A DNA stretch of 64,000 nt from Escherichia phage vB_EcoM_G17: sequence record MK327931.1. One strand, 5' to 3'. Position numbers and translations under genes: made by a program. Shown in pieces: positions 11,914 through 21,579 of this stretch. The first letter of the stretch is position 1. Each line of letters begins with the position of its first letter. The notes beneath the pieces are model-generated. The model did no database searches. It was not told where the DNA came from and worked only from the letters and a program-made list of their open reading frames with translations.

Positions 11914-12600
11914 TTAATTTTCGTAGAAGTTACTATCTGGTAGAGTAGTACTACTAATATTAGTTTGTGCACCAGAAATAGAGGTAGCAGTTGATGGATT
12001 ACCGAAGCCACTAACTTCATCACCGAACGCTTCGCCGTTTGGACCCAATTTAGCACAACCATCTGGTTGAACAGTCATTGAAATAACTTGTGCTTCACTT
12101 GAGGAATAATCCCAATCACCAAAGTTGCTGGATTCAATAAAGCAACCTTGACATACCCAAGTACTCAATGTTCCTTCAAACAAGTTTGTTGTATTTTCAC
12201 TATTAGAACCATCAAGCTCTTGAATCCACATTTCAAATTTAAATTGTGAATCTGTCATGCGAGATTCTTGACTGTAGTAGTTAAATTCTTTACGCATTTG
12301 GTTGTATAGTGCTTTAGCAGAAGCATTACCTACAGAGTCACGGAAAGCAACATCAATTGTATCCCAAGTGTATTTCCCTTTGTAGTGTGCAGAACTGTTG
12401 TAACTATGAACAGTGACGTTTTCATGTGATACAGATACTGCCCCAACTGTATTGGTGTCTAGTGTAATCATATTACCATCATCATTAGTACCAAAACCAA
12501 AGAAAATAACACGAAATTTGTATTTTGCTTTTGGTTGTTTCATAGAGATACGACCACCGCCAGCGAGCGGTACGCCATATCGATCAAGCATTGTAGCCAT
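11914..12600 (-). CDS. tail tube-like protein, paralog 1
   Basis: Directly downstream of sheath; TWDTIDVAFRDSV..ASAKALYNQM resembles tube-protein core; strong AGGAG RBS; terminator follows. Confidence 0.55.
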   Translation of the reverse strand: MATMLDRYGVPLAGGGRISMKQPKAKYKFRVIFFGFGTNDDGNMITLDTNTVGAVSVSHENVTVHSYNSSAHYKGKYTWDTIDVAFRDSVGNASAKALYNQMRKEFNYYSQESRMTDSQFKFEMWIQELDGSNSENTTNLFEGTLSTWVCQGCFIESSNFGDWDYSSSEAQVISMTVQPDGCAKLGPNGEAFGDEVSGFGNPSTATSISGAQTNISSTTLPDSNFYEN

Positions 12601-12961
12601 TTATATTCTCCTATTATGGAATGACATCTTTATATTATTTATCTATCTGGAAGTATATTTTTAATTAACTAAAGTGTCATCAACAGGGAACCAATTAATA
12701 TTAACACAATATAAGTATCTTTTTCGTTTAGTGTGGTCAATATAGTTTACTGATATAGACCATTTTCCATTTGTGTATACTTCGTATTTTTCAATTATAC
12801 CGACAATCTTCTAAATTTTTTAAAAATATATTTAGTATGTGTATTGATTCTAACTGAGTTAAAACTATTTTACTGACATCTTGTATTGTTCTTTTTAGTA
12901 TTTCTTCCATATCCATAATGTCCCTTTATAACATCAATATAAAGGTATTTAATTTTAAACA

Positions 12962-12987
12962 ATAAAAAAGGGAACCAAAAGGTTCCC
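12962..12987 (-). terminator. rho-independent terminator after sheath gene
   Basis: Perfect hairpin GGGAACC-TTTT-GGTTCCC followed by T-run on minus strand. Confidence 0.65.
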
Positions 12988-12995
12988 TTAGTGTT

Positions 12996-15659
12996 TTATT
13001 GAGTTTTTTCGATACGGATTGGTACGTAAATGAAGTTAATACTCTTAGTTGGTTGGATTGCAATATCCATCCAAAGTTCATTACGGTCAATACGCTCTGC
13101 GGTATTGTTACTTTCATCACAAACTACTGCGAAGTTATAAAGACCCTGTTGTTGAACAATTTCAGCCAAGAAACTATTAACTACACCACTAAATTCCTGA
13201 CGAGTACTTGGAGTATTCAAACGGAATAGGAATGGTTCGGAAATAATTTCTAGTTGACGACGAATATAAACAACTAAACGAGCAACGTTAACACGACTTA
13301 GTGCAGAAGTTTGATTAGCAGATAGAGTTTTATCTCCATAAACAAGCAAACCACGGTTAGGACGCATTGCAATTGGGTTAATGTTGTTAGTATACATAAC
13401 GTCACGTTGACCTTGGTTATATACTACTGGTTGATATTCACCTTCGCTGTTGATAAAACCAGTACTTGCAGCGTTTGTTACAACACCACGAGTTGTACCA
13501 GCAGGTGGATACCATACATAACTAACACTATCACTATATGCATATGTACGCATTGCAATAGTACTACCAGGAACTGCAACTTCTTCACCATCAACGTTAG
13601 TACTTAGACACCAACCCATATACTGAGCAGCATAATCATAAGCAGTTGTGCGACCAACTGAACCGTTACTTGGTGCATTGTTAGCATTAGTAGCCCATTG
13701 TTGTACAGCACTACCGTTTCCGGTTGGATTCAAACGTGCTGGAACGTCAGTAACAATAAATGCAGTTTCTTTACGATCAGTGTTTAAAGTTACACATTCA
13801 TCAAGTGTTTCAACGTAACCAGGTACACAAATTAGGTTAAAATCAATAAATTCAGAACGAATGTCATCATTACCAATAATAACAGCAGCTAGTGCTTCAA
13901 CTACTAGTTGACGTTGTGCAGCACGACCAAATAGACCAGCACCATCAAGACTTACACCACTAACAACTTCCCATTGACCATTAACCATTTTCTTAACAAC
14001 ACCTTCAGTGTTACCTAGGTCAACAGCAAGCATACCATTTTGATATAATGCCGCAGCAGGAACTTGGCTTGGGAAATTAAAGTCTTGGAAAATCATACCA
14101 TTTAGTGTACTTTGGTCAGTACTGTCAAGTTTAACCCATTCACCATCAACGTTACGATAGAAATCATAACCATCAATGCCTTGAGACAAAGGACAAACCC
14201 AAATTAAACGGTCAGCCGCTGGTTCATCAACTTGTACATATTTGTTTTCTTCTTGTACTAGATCCCATTCATCATTAGCAACATCAGCAACATACATAGT
14301 TACAGTTAGATTATCGGAGTTCCCGAAATCATACCAGAGAGTTCCTTCTTTTGCTACACTACGTGGTACTGAATAACTAACACGGAAGTTATTAACGTTA
14401 ATTAGAGAGTAGTTGTTACTATCTACAGTTAGTTTTTGTAGTTCAGATTCAGCAAAAATATCATCACCACTTTGTGTGATTTTGAAACTGTAACCTTTTG
14501 TATTGGAAACAACTAAACCACCATTAGTTTCACGTTTAAATTTAAAACCATCGTTAATAATTTCAGCATTTGCATTTAGATTATTGATGATAGTTTGGGT
14601 ATTAATAACACCGCCTTGTGGAACTGCTAGTACTTTAACTGATTTATTCAAATAAACAAAAGTCATATAACTATCAGCACCTGCTTGTTCAATAATAGTT
14701 TCACCAAGTGGCAAAGCAGGAGCACTAATTGTTGTTAGTTTTGCACTTTGAATATAGAAAGAGAAACTCTTACTATCTTCATCAAAACGAGATGCGATAT
14801 AACTATTGTTTAGTACACCACTTTTCGCTTCAATTTCTTGGAATGAATTACCAGTATATGCTGGTACAATATTCCAAACTTGAGTTAGGGATGCATAACG
14901 TTTAATAACAAAACGAGTACCAAAATAGTTTGAACCATTTTGGGTGTAACCATCACGAATCCAAATGTTACCTTTTTCTACAGTTGAGCCAACTGGAACT
15001 TTGTTAATTGGTGATAGATAAGTTTCCATTTGCACTAGCCCAGAAGCAGAACGTTTATACATTAGCATCTGACCATTGCTTGGTTTGTAACGTAGAACTA
15101 AATCATCAACATTTAAACCTACTAGACTTACATCTTCAACTTCTTCAGCACTTACAATAGTTACTGGCTTAAGTTGCCAATCATAAAAACTGCTTGGACT
15201 ATCTTTCTTCGCTACATACGCTTCTACTTGTGATTGTGCGGTATCAAACCACAAAGTACCATTGGATACTGGGCCAGTTGGTGCTTCAGCACTTGGTGCT
15301 AGTTGTGCTAGATCGATATCAGCACGAATTACATATGCACGGTTAGTAATGCCTAGATAAGAATATACTGCATGTAGGCCATATTCGTTTAGTTCATCAC
15401 CTTGAACAACAGAACCGTTATTCATTTGAAAAATTGGTGTACCATAGGTATCAAGTGAACTTTTTTGTGATGTTAGAAGCTGTAGTTTTCCAGCGTTTGC
15501 TTTAGTAGTTCCCGCAGCTATTGCACTGCTTCCTGGGACAAGTTTGTCTTCAGCAGTAGCGATTACAAATAGTGGTACAGTGCCAGGAGCAGCAGCGGTA
15601 CTCATACTTTCATCAGTTACTGAAATGGAAACGCCAGGTGAGAGTAGATCTCCTGCCAT
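12996..15659 (-). CDS. contractile tail sheath protein (T4 gp18 family), 887 aa
   Basis: N-terminal LLSPGVSISVTDES matches gp18 LLSPGIELKETT; C-terminal VVCDESNNTAERIDRNEL..IQPTKSINFI matches gp18 C-terminus; GGAGG RBS. Confidence 0.9.
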   Translation of the reverse strand: MAGDLLSPGVSISVTDESMSTAAAPGTVPLFVIATAEDKLVPGSSAIAAGTTKANAGKLQLLTSQKSSLDTYGTPIFQMNNGSVVQGDELNEYGLHAVYSYLGITNRAYVIRADIDLAQLAPSAEAPTGPVSNGTLWFDTAQSQVEAYVAKKDSPSSFYDWQLKPVTIVSAEEVEDVSLVGLNVDDLVLRYKPSNGQMLMYKRSASGLVQMETYLSPINKVPVGSTVEKGNIWIRDGYTQNGSNYFGTRFVIKRYASLTQVWNIVPAYTGNSFQEIEAKSGVLNNSYIASRFDEDSKSFSFYIQSAKLTTISAPALPLGETIIEQAGADSYMTFVYLNKSVKVLAVPQGGVINTQTIINNLNANAEIINDGFKFKRETNGGLVVSNTKGYSFKITQSGDDIFAESELQKLTVDSNNYSLINVNNFRVSYSVPRSVAKEGTLWYDFGNSDNLTVTMYVADVANDEWDLVQEENKYVQVDEPAADRLIWVCPLSQGIDGYDFYRNVDGEWVKLDSTDQSTLNGMIFQDFNFPSQVPAAALYQNGMLAVDLGNTEGVVKKMVNGQWEVVSGVSLDGAGLFGRAAQRQLVVEALAAVIIGNDDIRSEFIDFNLICVPGYVETLDECVTLNTDRKETAFIVTDVPARLNPTGNGSAVQQWATNANNAPSNGSVGRTTAYDYAAQYMGWCLSTNVDGEEVAVPGSTIAMRTYAYSDSVSYVWYPPAGTTRGVVTNAASTGFINSEGEYQPVVYNQGQRDVMYTNNINPIAMRPNRGLLVYGDKTLSANQTSALSRVNVARLVVYIRRQLEIISEPFLFRLNTPSTRQEFSGVVNSFLAEIVQQQGLYNFAVVCDESNNTAERIDRNELWMDIAIQPTKSINFIYVPIRIEKTQ

Positions 15660-15753
15660 ATTAAATCCTCCAAAAATAATTGGTTATTCGAAATATATTC
15701 GTATAGTCTTATTTATTGAAGGATTTAATTGTCCAGTCCTTATTGTTTATAAT

Positions 15754-16380
15754 TTATGTATTAGAATAAATAATGTCCATTGCTTTTTTATGTAAATCAT
15801 CAATAGTACTGTTATTCTGTACAATTATATCAGGATTGTTTATTCCAATCCAAGCCCACTCAGATTCGTGTACTGATTCAAGTTCAACTGGTTTAATATT
15901 AATATCCCCTTTATTATAAGAGGCAGCCAAACCATACCAATGTGGTAGAACACGTTGAACTTCAATAATAGTCCCATTATTCGATCTAATCATTTTTAAT
16001 TCATTTGGAAAACGGCAATCAGTGATGATGATATTTCCATCTATGTCTTGCATTGATTTTTCTAAACTGAATACCCAAATATCATTATGAAAATACTTAC
16101 GCAAAATATTAGTACCATAATTCTGCAATACCCATCGAGGGGATACATCATTACGACCTAACTTATCACACCAGTACTGATCCGGTTCTTCACGAATCTT
16201 ACGACTTTCCTTAGTTGACCCCTCAAGCATTTCACGGTCCCATCCAAAGATGGCAGAAACTGAATCTTTTAGATTGGTTGCGAATGACATTCGTGTGTAA
16301 CCATTATTAATAAAAGATTCACCAAATGTATCTTTACCACTTCCAATAGTTCCGTTAATTGCAATTATTTGTCTTCCCAT
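15754..16380 (-). CDS. deoxynucleoside monophosphate kinase (T4 gene 1-like)
   Basis: P-loop IAINGTIGSGKDT and ITDCRFPNE matching T4 dNMP kinase motifs. Confidence 0.85.
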   Translation of the reverse strand: MGRQIIAINGTIGSGKDTFGESFINNGYTRMSFATNLKDSVSAIFGWDREMLEGSTKESRKIREEPDQYWCDKLGRNDVSPRWVLQNYGTNILRKYFHNDIWVFSLEKSMQDIDGNIIITDCRFPNELKMIRSNNGTIIEVQRVLPHWYGLAASYNKGDINIKPVELESVHESEWAWIGINNPDIIVQNNSTIDDLHKKAMDIIYSNT

Positions 16381-16398
16381 TATACTACTCCATGTATT

Positions 16399-16668
16399 TT
16401 ATATAATTTCTATTAAATCCTTTCCTACTAAACTTTCAAGTAATCCAAGAATTGACTCATTACCATAATATATAGAAACATAAGTAATAAAAAATGTTTC
16501 CCCATCATCATCACGATATATACTCGCCCATGCATTTATTCGATCTCTACCGATAACATCAATGATTGAATCTTTGATAAATTTCCAGTACTTTTCAGTT
16601 GATTCATAATCAAGCGTTGGTCTACCACAACGATATCTGTTATACGTTACATTTATGTTATTATTCAT
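16399..16668 (-). CDS. hypothetical protein (89 aa)
   Basis: ORF, minus strand. Confidence 0.5.
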   Translation of the reverse strand: MNNNINVTYNRYRCGRPTLDYESTEKYWKFIKDSIIDVIGRDRINAWASIYRDDDGETFFITYVSIYYGNESILGLLESLVGKDLIEII

Positions 16669-16712
16669 GACAAGTTCCTTTAGATTAATATTATCATTAT
16701 ATCACATAATAT

Positions 16713-16737
16713 GAAAAAAGACCCCATATAGGAGTCC
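16713..16737 (-). terminator. terminator-like hairpin with T-run
   Basis: GGACTCCTATATGGGGTC then TTTTTTC on minus strand. Confidence 0.5.
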
Positions 16738-16744
16738 TTTTAAT

Positions 16745-17551
16745 TTAACCAATAATCATACCGAGTGGTTCAGCACCATCTTGATAACGTTTCAAACGCT
16801 CTTTAAGCTGTTCTTGAAGCTGTAAACCTTCATTGCGTAAGGTATCACCATCCATAGAAAACGTTCCCTGTGGTCCAGGAAGCGATGCAAATTTAGCACG
16901 GTTACGACCCAACATAATCATTGCTTCGGATAAAGCCCAATCACGCAACCAAGGATAACTTTGCTGCCTTTGGAACAACAATGGTTCAGGAATATTATGA
17001 TAGACGTGTAATAGTACTTCTTCAGTACCACGAATATCACGATCTATAATTAATTTTTTGGTCATTGGGTTAAATTGAAATATAATATCACGACCAAACA
17101 TACGACCTACCAGTTCTTGGAACTGAAAACTAAAATCATATGTAGTTAGATCATATCCACCAGCATTTCGTGCTGAAGTCAATAAGTAAGTGTTGGTGAA
17201 TGCTAGAGAAAACGGGTCTACTGAGTTCCCACTACCAGAACTTAAGTAACCATTACCATAACGATAAATCTTTTTAACAATTTCAACTTCAGTTGGTAGC
17301 ATATATACAGATTGTGAATCATAAAATTTCATATTTAAAAATGCTTCTTCTTTAGAAGCAGAACTCCACGCTCTGTAATTCGATACCGCATTATCAATTG
17401 CAATTTCTAATTGACCATCAGTAATTTCTACCTCAACGGCCCCAGCACCCAACATTTGAGTGATAACATCTTTCAGTTTTTCACGATGGTCAAAGTTAGG
17501 AGCATCAGGGTTTCCACCCATATAATCGTAAGACATAAAAAAGCACCTCAT
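16745..17551 (-). CDS. hypothetical protein (268 aa), possibly virion or tail associated
   Basis: Long ORF two genes upstream of sheath; followed by terminator. Confidence 0.55.
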   Translation of the reverse strand: MRCFFMSYDYMGGNPDAPNFDHREKLKDVITQMLGAGAVEVEITDGQLEIAIDNAVSNYRAWSSASKEEAFLNMKFYDSQSVYMLPTEVEIVKKIYRYGNGYLSSGSGNSVDPFSLAFTNTYLLTSARNAGGYDLTTYDFSFQFQELVGRMFGRDIIFQFNPMTKKLIIDRDIRGTEEVLLHVYHNIPEPLLFQRQQSYPWLRDWALSEAMIMLGRNRAKFASLPGPQGTFSMDGDTLRNEGLQLQEQLKERLKRYQDGAEPLGMIIG

Positions 17552-17586
17552 TAATGTTTATATACATTATTTAGAGGTGCTAATAG

Positions 17587-17805
17587 TTATTTTGAATTAT
17601 ACAAGCAGTACAGGTATACCAATGGAGTAAAATGTTCGGAATCTATTATATATATTAACTGAGTAACATATATTCCATATAGATCTCGTGATTTATCTCT
17701 GTACATTAACAATGATTTATTTAAGTAAGGATCAACCCAGTACTTAATATCATTGTACTTCAACGTGTTGTTACGGTAACCTGATAGTTTTGAATTTTTA
17801 TTCAA
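17587..17805 (-). CDS. hypothetical protein (72 aa)
   Basis: Short ORF, 8 nt overlap with upstream gene. Confidence 0.4.
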   Translation of the reverse strand: MNKNSKLSGYRNNTLKYNDIKYWVDPYLNKSLLMYRDKSRDLYGIYVTQLIYIIDSEHFTPLVYLYCLYNSK

Positions 17806-18175
17806 TTTTCTTACAATTACTCAGTAAGTGAATGATATCATCAGCAGTGAATGGTCCCAATACCAGAACTTCTTCACCATTACCGAAAATGCTCAATGGC
17901 ACTGATTGTTGACCAGCTAGATATTCAATTTGTTCCAGTTCGAAAATGTCATCAGCAGCATATACTACCTGCTCCATTTCATTATCTTTAATCCATGACT
18001 GCCAATGTTCTTTAAACTTCTTAGCTTCGTATTCTTGAACATAGTTAGGTGATTCAGGGTTGTATTGATGTAACATAGTCATCCCAGCCATTACTAATTC
18101 TTTAGGGGATGGTGTAGAATCTTTCAGTACTACGATAGCTTGGATAGTTTTTACTTTAACGTCATTAGCAGCCAT
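17798..18175 (-). CDS. hypothetical protein (125 aa)
   Basis: ORF, tight spacing. Confidence 0.5.
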   Translation of the reverse strand: MAANDVKVKTIQAIVVLKDSTPSPKELVMAGMTMLHQYNPESPNYVQEYEAKKFKEHWQSWIKDNEMEQVVYAADDIFELEQIEYLAGQQSVPLSIFGNGEEVLVLGPFTADDIIHLLSNCKKIE

Positions 18176-18187
18176 TATATACCTCTA

Positions 18188-18505
18188 TTATAGAATGATT
18201 TTATTCTCAGGAACGAAAACTTTTGGAGTGTTTTCGATTGCTTTAATAGCATCAACATAAGCATCAACTAATGCAGGGTTTGCATCACTAACACTAATAA
18301 TGTTGGATTTATAAAAAATAACATTTTTCTCCATACTAACAAACTCTAGATAATCACGAAGAATGATTTCACCATTTTCGTCAGTCCCTAGTTGTGCTGG
18401 GTAGTTAACTACAACAGCTTCAGCAGAATCGGTTTGAAGAACTGCTAGTACTGGGCCAATGTTATTGATGTTTAGTAGTTTAACGGTCATAGTCATTTTT
18501 GTCAA
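18188..18505 (-). CDS. hypothetical protein (105 aa)
   Basis: ORF, tight spacing. Confidence 0.5.
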   Translation of the reverse strand: MTKMTMTVKLLNINNIGPVLAVLQTDSAEAVVVNYPAQLGTDENGEIILRDYLEFVSMEKNVIFYKSNIISVSDANPALVDAYVDAIKAIENTPKVFVPENKIIL

Positions 18506-18515
18506 GTCCTTTTGT

Positions 18516-18992
18516 TTATTTTAGAATGTATAAGTGTTTTTCTGCATTGACCAGACGGTGATCAATGATTTCTTTGATAACGTTCCAGTTACCGCCGCCC
18601 AAATCGGCTCCAATTTTCGGGAAATGTACATGAACATCTCGATCAACTTTACAAAAATAATTTAGATGTTTGAACACATCGTCAATTGCATCATAACTGA
18701 CATATTTAGCACCGTCATTACCGTACATTTTTTGGGTAATACAGTTTGCAATAATCAAATTATCGTTAATTGCTGAATATGCAATTTGTCCAATTCTAAG
18801 AAATCCCATTTCCTTTTCATATGCTTTATAATCATCATATGCCATTGGGTAGCGATTCCTTAGTTCCTTTGCGAAACCAGAACCCATCTTACCTTGAGCA
18901 TTACATCCGTGAGCAATAATATGTAATGCATTTTGATCATCGGTAACAGTACTGAATAATTCAAACAGATTACCTCGGTGTTCATGAATCAT
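18516..18992 (-). CDS. macro domain protein (ADP-ribose binding or processing)
   Basis: ALHIIAHGCNAQGKMGSGFAKEL and GADLGGG resemble macro-domain phosphate-binding loops. Confidence 0.7.
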   Translation of the reverse strand: MIHEHRGNLFELFSTVTDDQNALHIIAHGCNAQGKMGSGFAKELRNRYPMAYDDYKAYEKEMGFLRIGQIAYSAINDNLIIANCITQKMYGNDGAKYVSYDAIDDVFKHLNYFCKVDRDVHVHFPKIGADLGGGNWNVIKEIIDHRLVNAEKHLYILK

Positions 18993-19041
18993 TATATTCT
19001 CCGAAAAGAAAGGACTCTGTGGTCAGAGTCCTTATTTTAAA

Positions 19042-19299
19042 TTATTCTTCTTCACCGAAACGGATTTTCTTTAATTCTTTTCGATGCTTTCTAGCTATTG
19101 TACTTTTGTGAAGTCTATTACTGCGTTTTGTGTCTTTTGTAATGTACCATGAATCTTCTGGTGCATCATAATCACAAAATCCATCTTCCGTAATTGTTCC
19201 TAAAAATGCAGATTTTTTAGGAATATTAGTTTGAGCTTTAGCCTGAAATTGACCTTTTGCTAATTGTTCACGAAAACTGAGCATAATAGTATCTCCCAA
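19042..19299 (-). CDS. hypothetical basic protein (85 aa)
   Basis: ORF, minus strand. Confidence 0.5.
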   Translation of the reverse strand: MGDTIMLSFREQLAKGQFQAKAQTNIPKKSAFLGTITEDGFCDYDAPEDSWYITKDTKRSNRLHKSTIARKHRKELKKIRFGEEE

Positions 19300-19330
19300 A
19301 TTGTTAAGAAGAACTTTTTGTTCTTCACAT

Positions 19331-19582
19331 TTATTTAGGGTTGCCAGAAACCTTCACATGTTTGATAAATGCCAAAATATCATCTTTACTAAAAGATTTT
19401 ACAATAAATTCTACAGCCGAATCATACTGTTCTTGTTTAGATAGATATTCTTTCATTTTGTTAATTTTAATCTGGGCTTTTTCTTTAGCTATTGAAATAT
19501 CAGGAATTTTAAACTCTACTCCCAACGTATCAGCTAGTTGTTTTGCACGAGATGATACTTTTTCAATATCCATTAGTTCCAA
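19331..19582 (-). CDS. hypothetical protein (83 aa)
   Basis: ORF, minus strand. Confidence 0.5.
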   Translation of the reverse strand: MELMDIEKVSSRAKQLADTLGVEFKIPDISIAKEKAQIKINKMKEYLSKQEQYDSAVEFIVKSFSKDDILAFIKHVKVSGNPK

Positions 19583-19821
19583 CGACCTTCTTTAAGACCT
19601 TCAATAAATCCAGTACAACCACCTGGTACATAAATGTCATTTACGAAAATTTGAGGAACTTGACGAACTGGTTCACCACAAATTTCAGACAGTTTTGAAC
19701 CATCGATACCTTCAGCAACAATATCTACAAACTCCATTTCAAATTTATTTTGTTCACATACAGCTTTTGCAGTGTCGCAAAATTTACAACCAGTCTTGCG
19801 ACCATAAATTTTAACTTTCAT
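19573..19821 (-). CDS. glutaredoxin/thioredoxin-like protein (NrdH/NrdC-like)
   Basis: Redox motif CKFC near N-terminus, ~80 aa, resembles T4 NrdC layout. Confidence 0.7.
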   Translation of the reverse strand: MKVKIYGRKTGCKFCDTAKAVCEQNKFEMEFVDIVAEGIDGSKLSEICGEPVRQVPQIFVNDIYVPGGCTGFIEGLKEGRWN

Positions 19822-19822
19822 G

Positions 19823-20224
19823 TTATTTCCTTCTATTTCTTTGAAAAGCTTTAACAGCTTTAATAATACTGTTACACATTCGTTCAGTCAAATACTTTTG
19901 ACATTCTCGTACATCAATGTACATGAACTTATCCAATTCTGGATGACTCTTACCATATCTATTAGTGTAAGTACTTTTACAAACTAATTCATCTGGTATT
20001 GGTTTGTCTTTGGCAGTATAAAAGAAAAGTACTAACCTTTTTCCCTTTCTATAGGATACATCACCAAGAAACAGAAGATCATCTTCATCGATTTCGTATC
20101 CTGTCTCTTCGAAACATTCACGTACAGCAGCTTCTTTGAAAGTTTCATTACCCTCAGCTTTCCCTTTAGGTAAATCCCAATGATTCTGTCCGTGTTGTAT
20201 GTCCGATAAGTATCTGACCATCAC
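19823..20224 (-). CDS. Nudix hydrolase
   Basis: Nudix box GKAEGNETFKEAAVRECFEETG; GTG/ATG start; short N-terminus. Confidence 0.75.
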   Translation of the reverse strand: MMVRYLSDIQHGQNHWDLPKGKAEGNETFKEAAVRECFEETGYEIDEDDLLFLGDVSYRKGKRLVLFFYTAKDKPIPDELVCKSTYTNRYGKSHPELDKFMYIDVRECQKYLTERMCNSIIKAVKAFQRNRRK

Positions 20225-20296
20225 GATAAAATATTATACCACAACTATAACGCATATCTTATCTCTTTGTCATCAATCGATGTTCAGATACTAATA

Positions 20297-20324
20297 ATTA
20301 TATCAGTTATTGGTTTTTTGTCCC
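20297..20324 (-). promoter_or_regulatory. sigma70-type promoter GGGACA-16-TATAAT
   Basis: Minus strand GGGACAAAAAACCAATAACTGATATAAT between CCA gene and Nudix gene. Confidence 0.45.
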
Positions 20325-20331
20325 ACTATTT

Positions 20332-21444
20332 TTAGAACATTTGTTTGATTGCTTCGTAACGAAGTTCACAAACAAAATCACGAATTTCTGACGTTTCAAG
20401 TTCACCATCTTTGACCATTTGCTGAATATCAGGCAATTCAACATCAGTATAACGATCATAAACTTTAATAATTAGATCTTCAAGTTCTAAATCAATTTCT
20501 TTTCGCAAAATGAAGTATTCCAAAACTTTATAAAGGAATTCTTCACCTCCGTTATTTTTAATATTCATATCCAATAAAATATTACCCATTTCAATAGGGG
20601 TCTTTTTACGGAATGTTTTGATATCATCACGGAAACGTTTGATATAATTACTAAATTTAACATACTTAACTGGAACTTTAATAGCACCGTTAAGTACTGA
20701 ATCATTATTTACTTCTTCATTTTCAAGAAGAATAGACCACAGAAAATATGGTTTATATACATCAGTACAGTTATCTGAAATATAATCAATAAGGTCTAAA
20801 TTCTTTTTGGTCAAAGATGTATTAAACACCTTTTCGTAATAACCAAATTTACTTAGCGTCTTAAGGAACTTTGAAGGCTTTTCTTCAGAAAATGATTTTT
20901 CGAATTCCACAAAAACACGGTCAGGAACAAGATGATTTAGCTCACCACTATTGACCATTCCAATAGCGAGTTCCTCAGTGCTTTCATGGATAGTAAAGTC
21001 TGAATAACGAGTAGCAAATCGAGCAAGACGTAACACGCGTAATGGATCTTCTTTAAAATGGTCAGAAACATGACGTAGTATCTTGTTCTTGATATCAGCT
21101 TTACCACCGTATGGATCGATGTGAATTTGTAGTACTGGATCATACGCAATTGCATTAATTGTAAGGTCACGGCGATACAAATCTTGTTCTAGTGTTACGC
21201 CTTTTGTATCCACTTCAAAGCCACCATATCCAGTACCAGTTTTACGCTCAGTACGGGCTAATGCGTGTTCATTACCTTCTGGACTTAGATATACTGGGAA
21301 ATCCTTACCTACTTGCTTATAGCCAATACTTTGCAAGTACTTAAGATCAGATTCGGATGCACCAACAATGACATAATCTTTGTCTTTTGCACGGATGCCC
21401 ATTAAACGGTCACGGACGTAACCGCCAACCAAATACTTTTTCAT
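20332..21444 (-). CDS. cca: tRNA nucleotidyltransferase (CCA-adding enzyme/poly(A) polymerase family)
   Basis: N-terminal GGYVRD, DKDYVI and RRDLTINAIAY motifs. Confidence 0.85.
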   Translation of the reverse strand: MKKYLVGGYVRDRLMGIRAKDKDYVIVGASESDLKYLQSIGYKQVGKDFPVYLSPEGNEHALARTERKTGTGYGGFEVDTKGVTLEQDLYRRDLTINAIAYDPVLQIHIDPYGGKADIKNKILRHVSDHFKEDPLRVLRLARFATRYSDFTIHESTEELAIGMVNSGELNHLVPDRVFVEFEKSFSEEKPSKFLKTLSKFGYYEKVFNTSLTKKNLDLIDYISDNCTDVYKPYFLWSILLENEEVNNDSVLNGAIKVPVKYVKFSNYIKRFRDDIKTFRKKTPIEMGNILLDMNIKNNGGEEFLYKVLEYFILRKEIDLELEDLIIKVYDRYTDVELPDIQQMVKDGELETSEIRDFVCELRYEAIKQMF

Positions 21445-21579
21445 GTTATTCCCCCATCAACCAATCACGTAGACGTTCCCAGAAGCCTTTTGGTTGGTAT
21501 TCTGGGTATTCATATTCATCTGTGCCTTGCTCGGAAACACCCCAATCTTCTTCTAACATAGCAATCATAATGCCTCCAA

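Noticed and set aside
15660-15753. Exact T4 late promoter TATAAATA upstream of the sheath gene
   Set aside because: Only AATAAATA and TAAATT variants are present; an exact match was found only upstream of the 898-aa fibre gene, so late-promoter calls elsewhere were not made.
13407-15795. Plus-strand ORFs inside the tail sheath gene (12999..13229, 13407..13607, 15544..15795)
   Set aside because: They are antisense to a gene with unambiguous gp18 homology.
20937-21170. 77-aa minus-strand ORF inside the CCA-adding enzyme gene
   Set aside because: Out-of-frame overlap with a gene carrying clear nucleotidyltransferase motifs.
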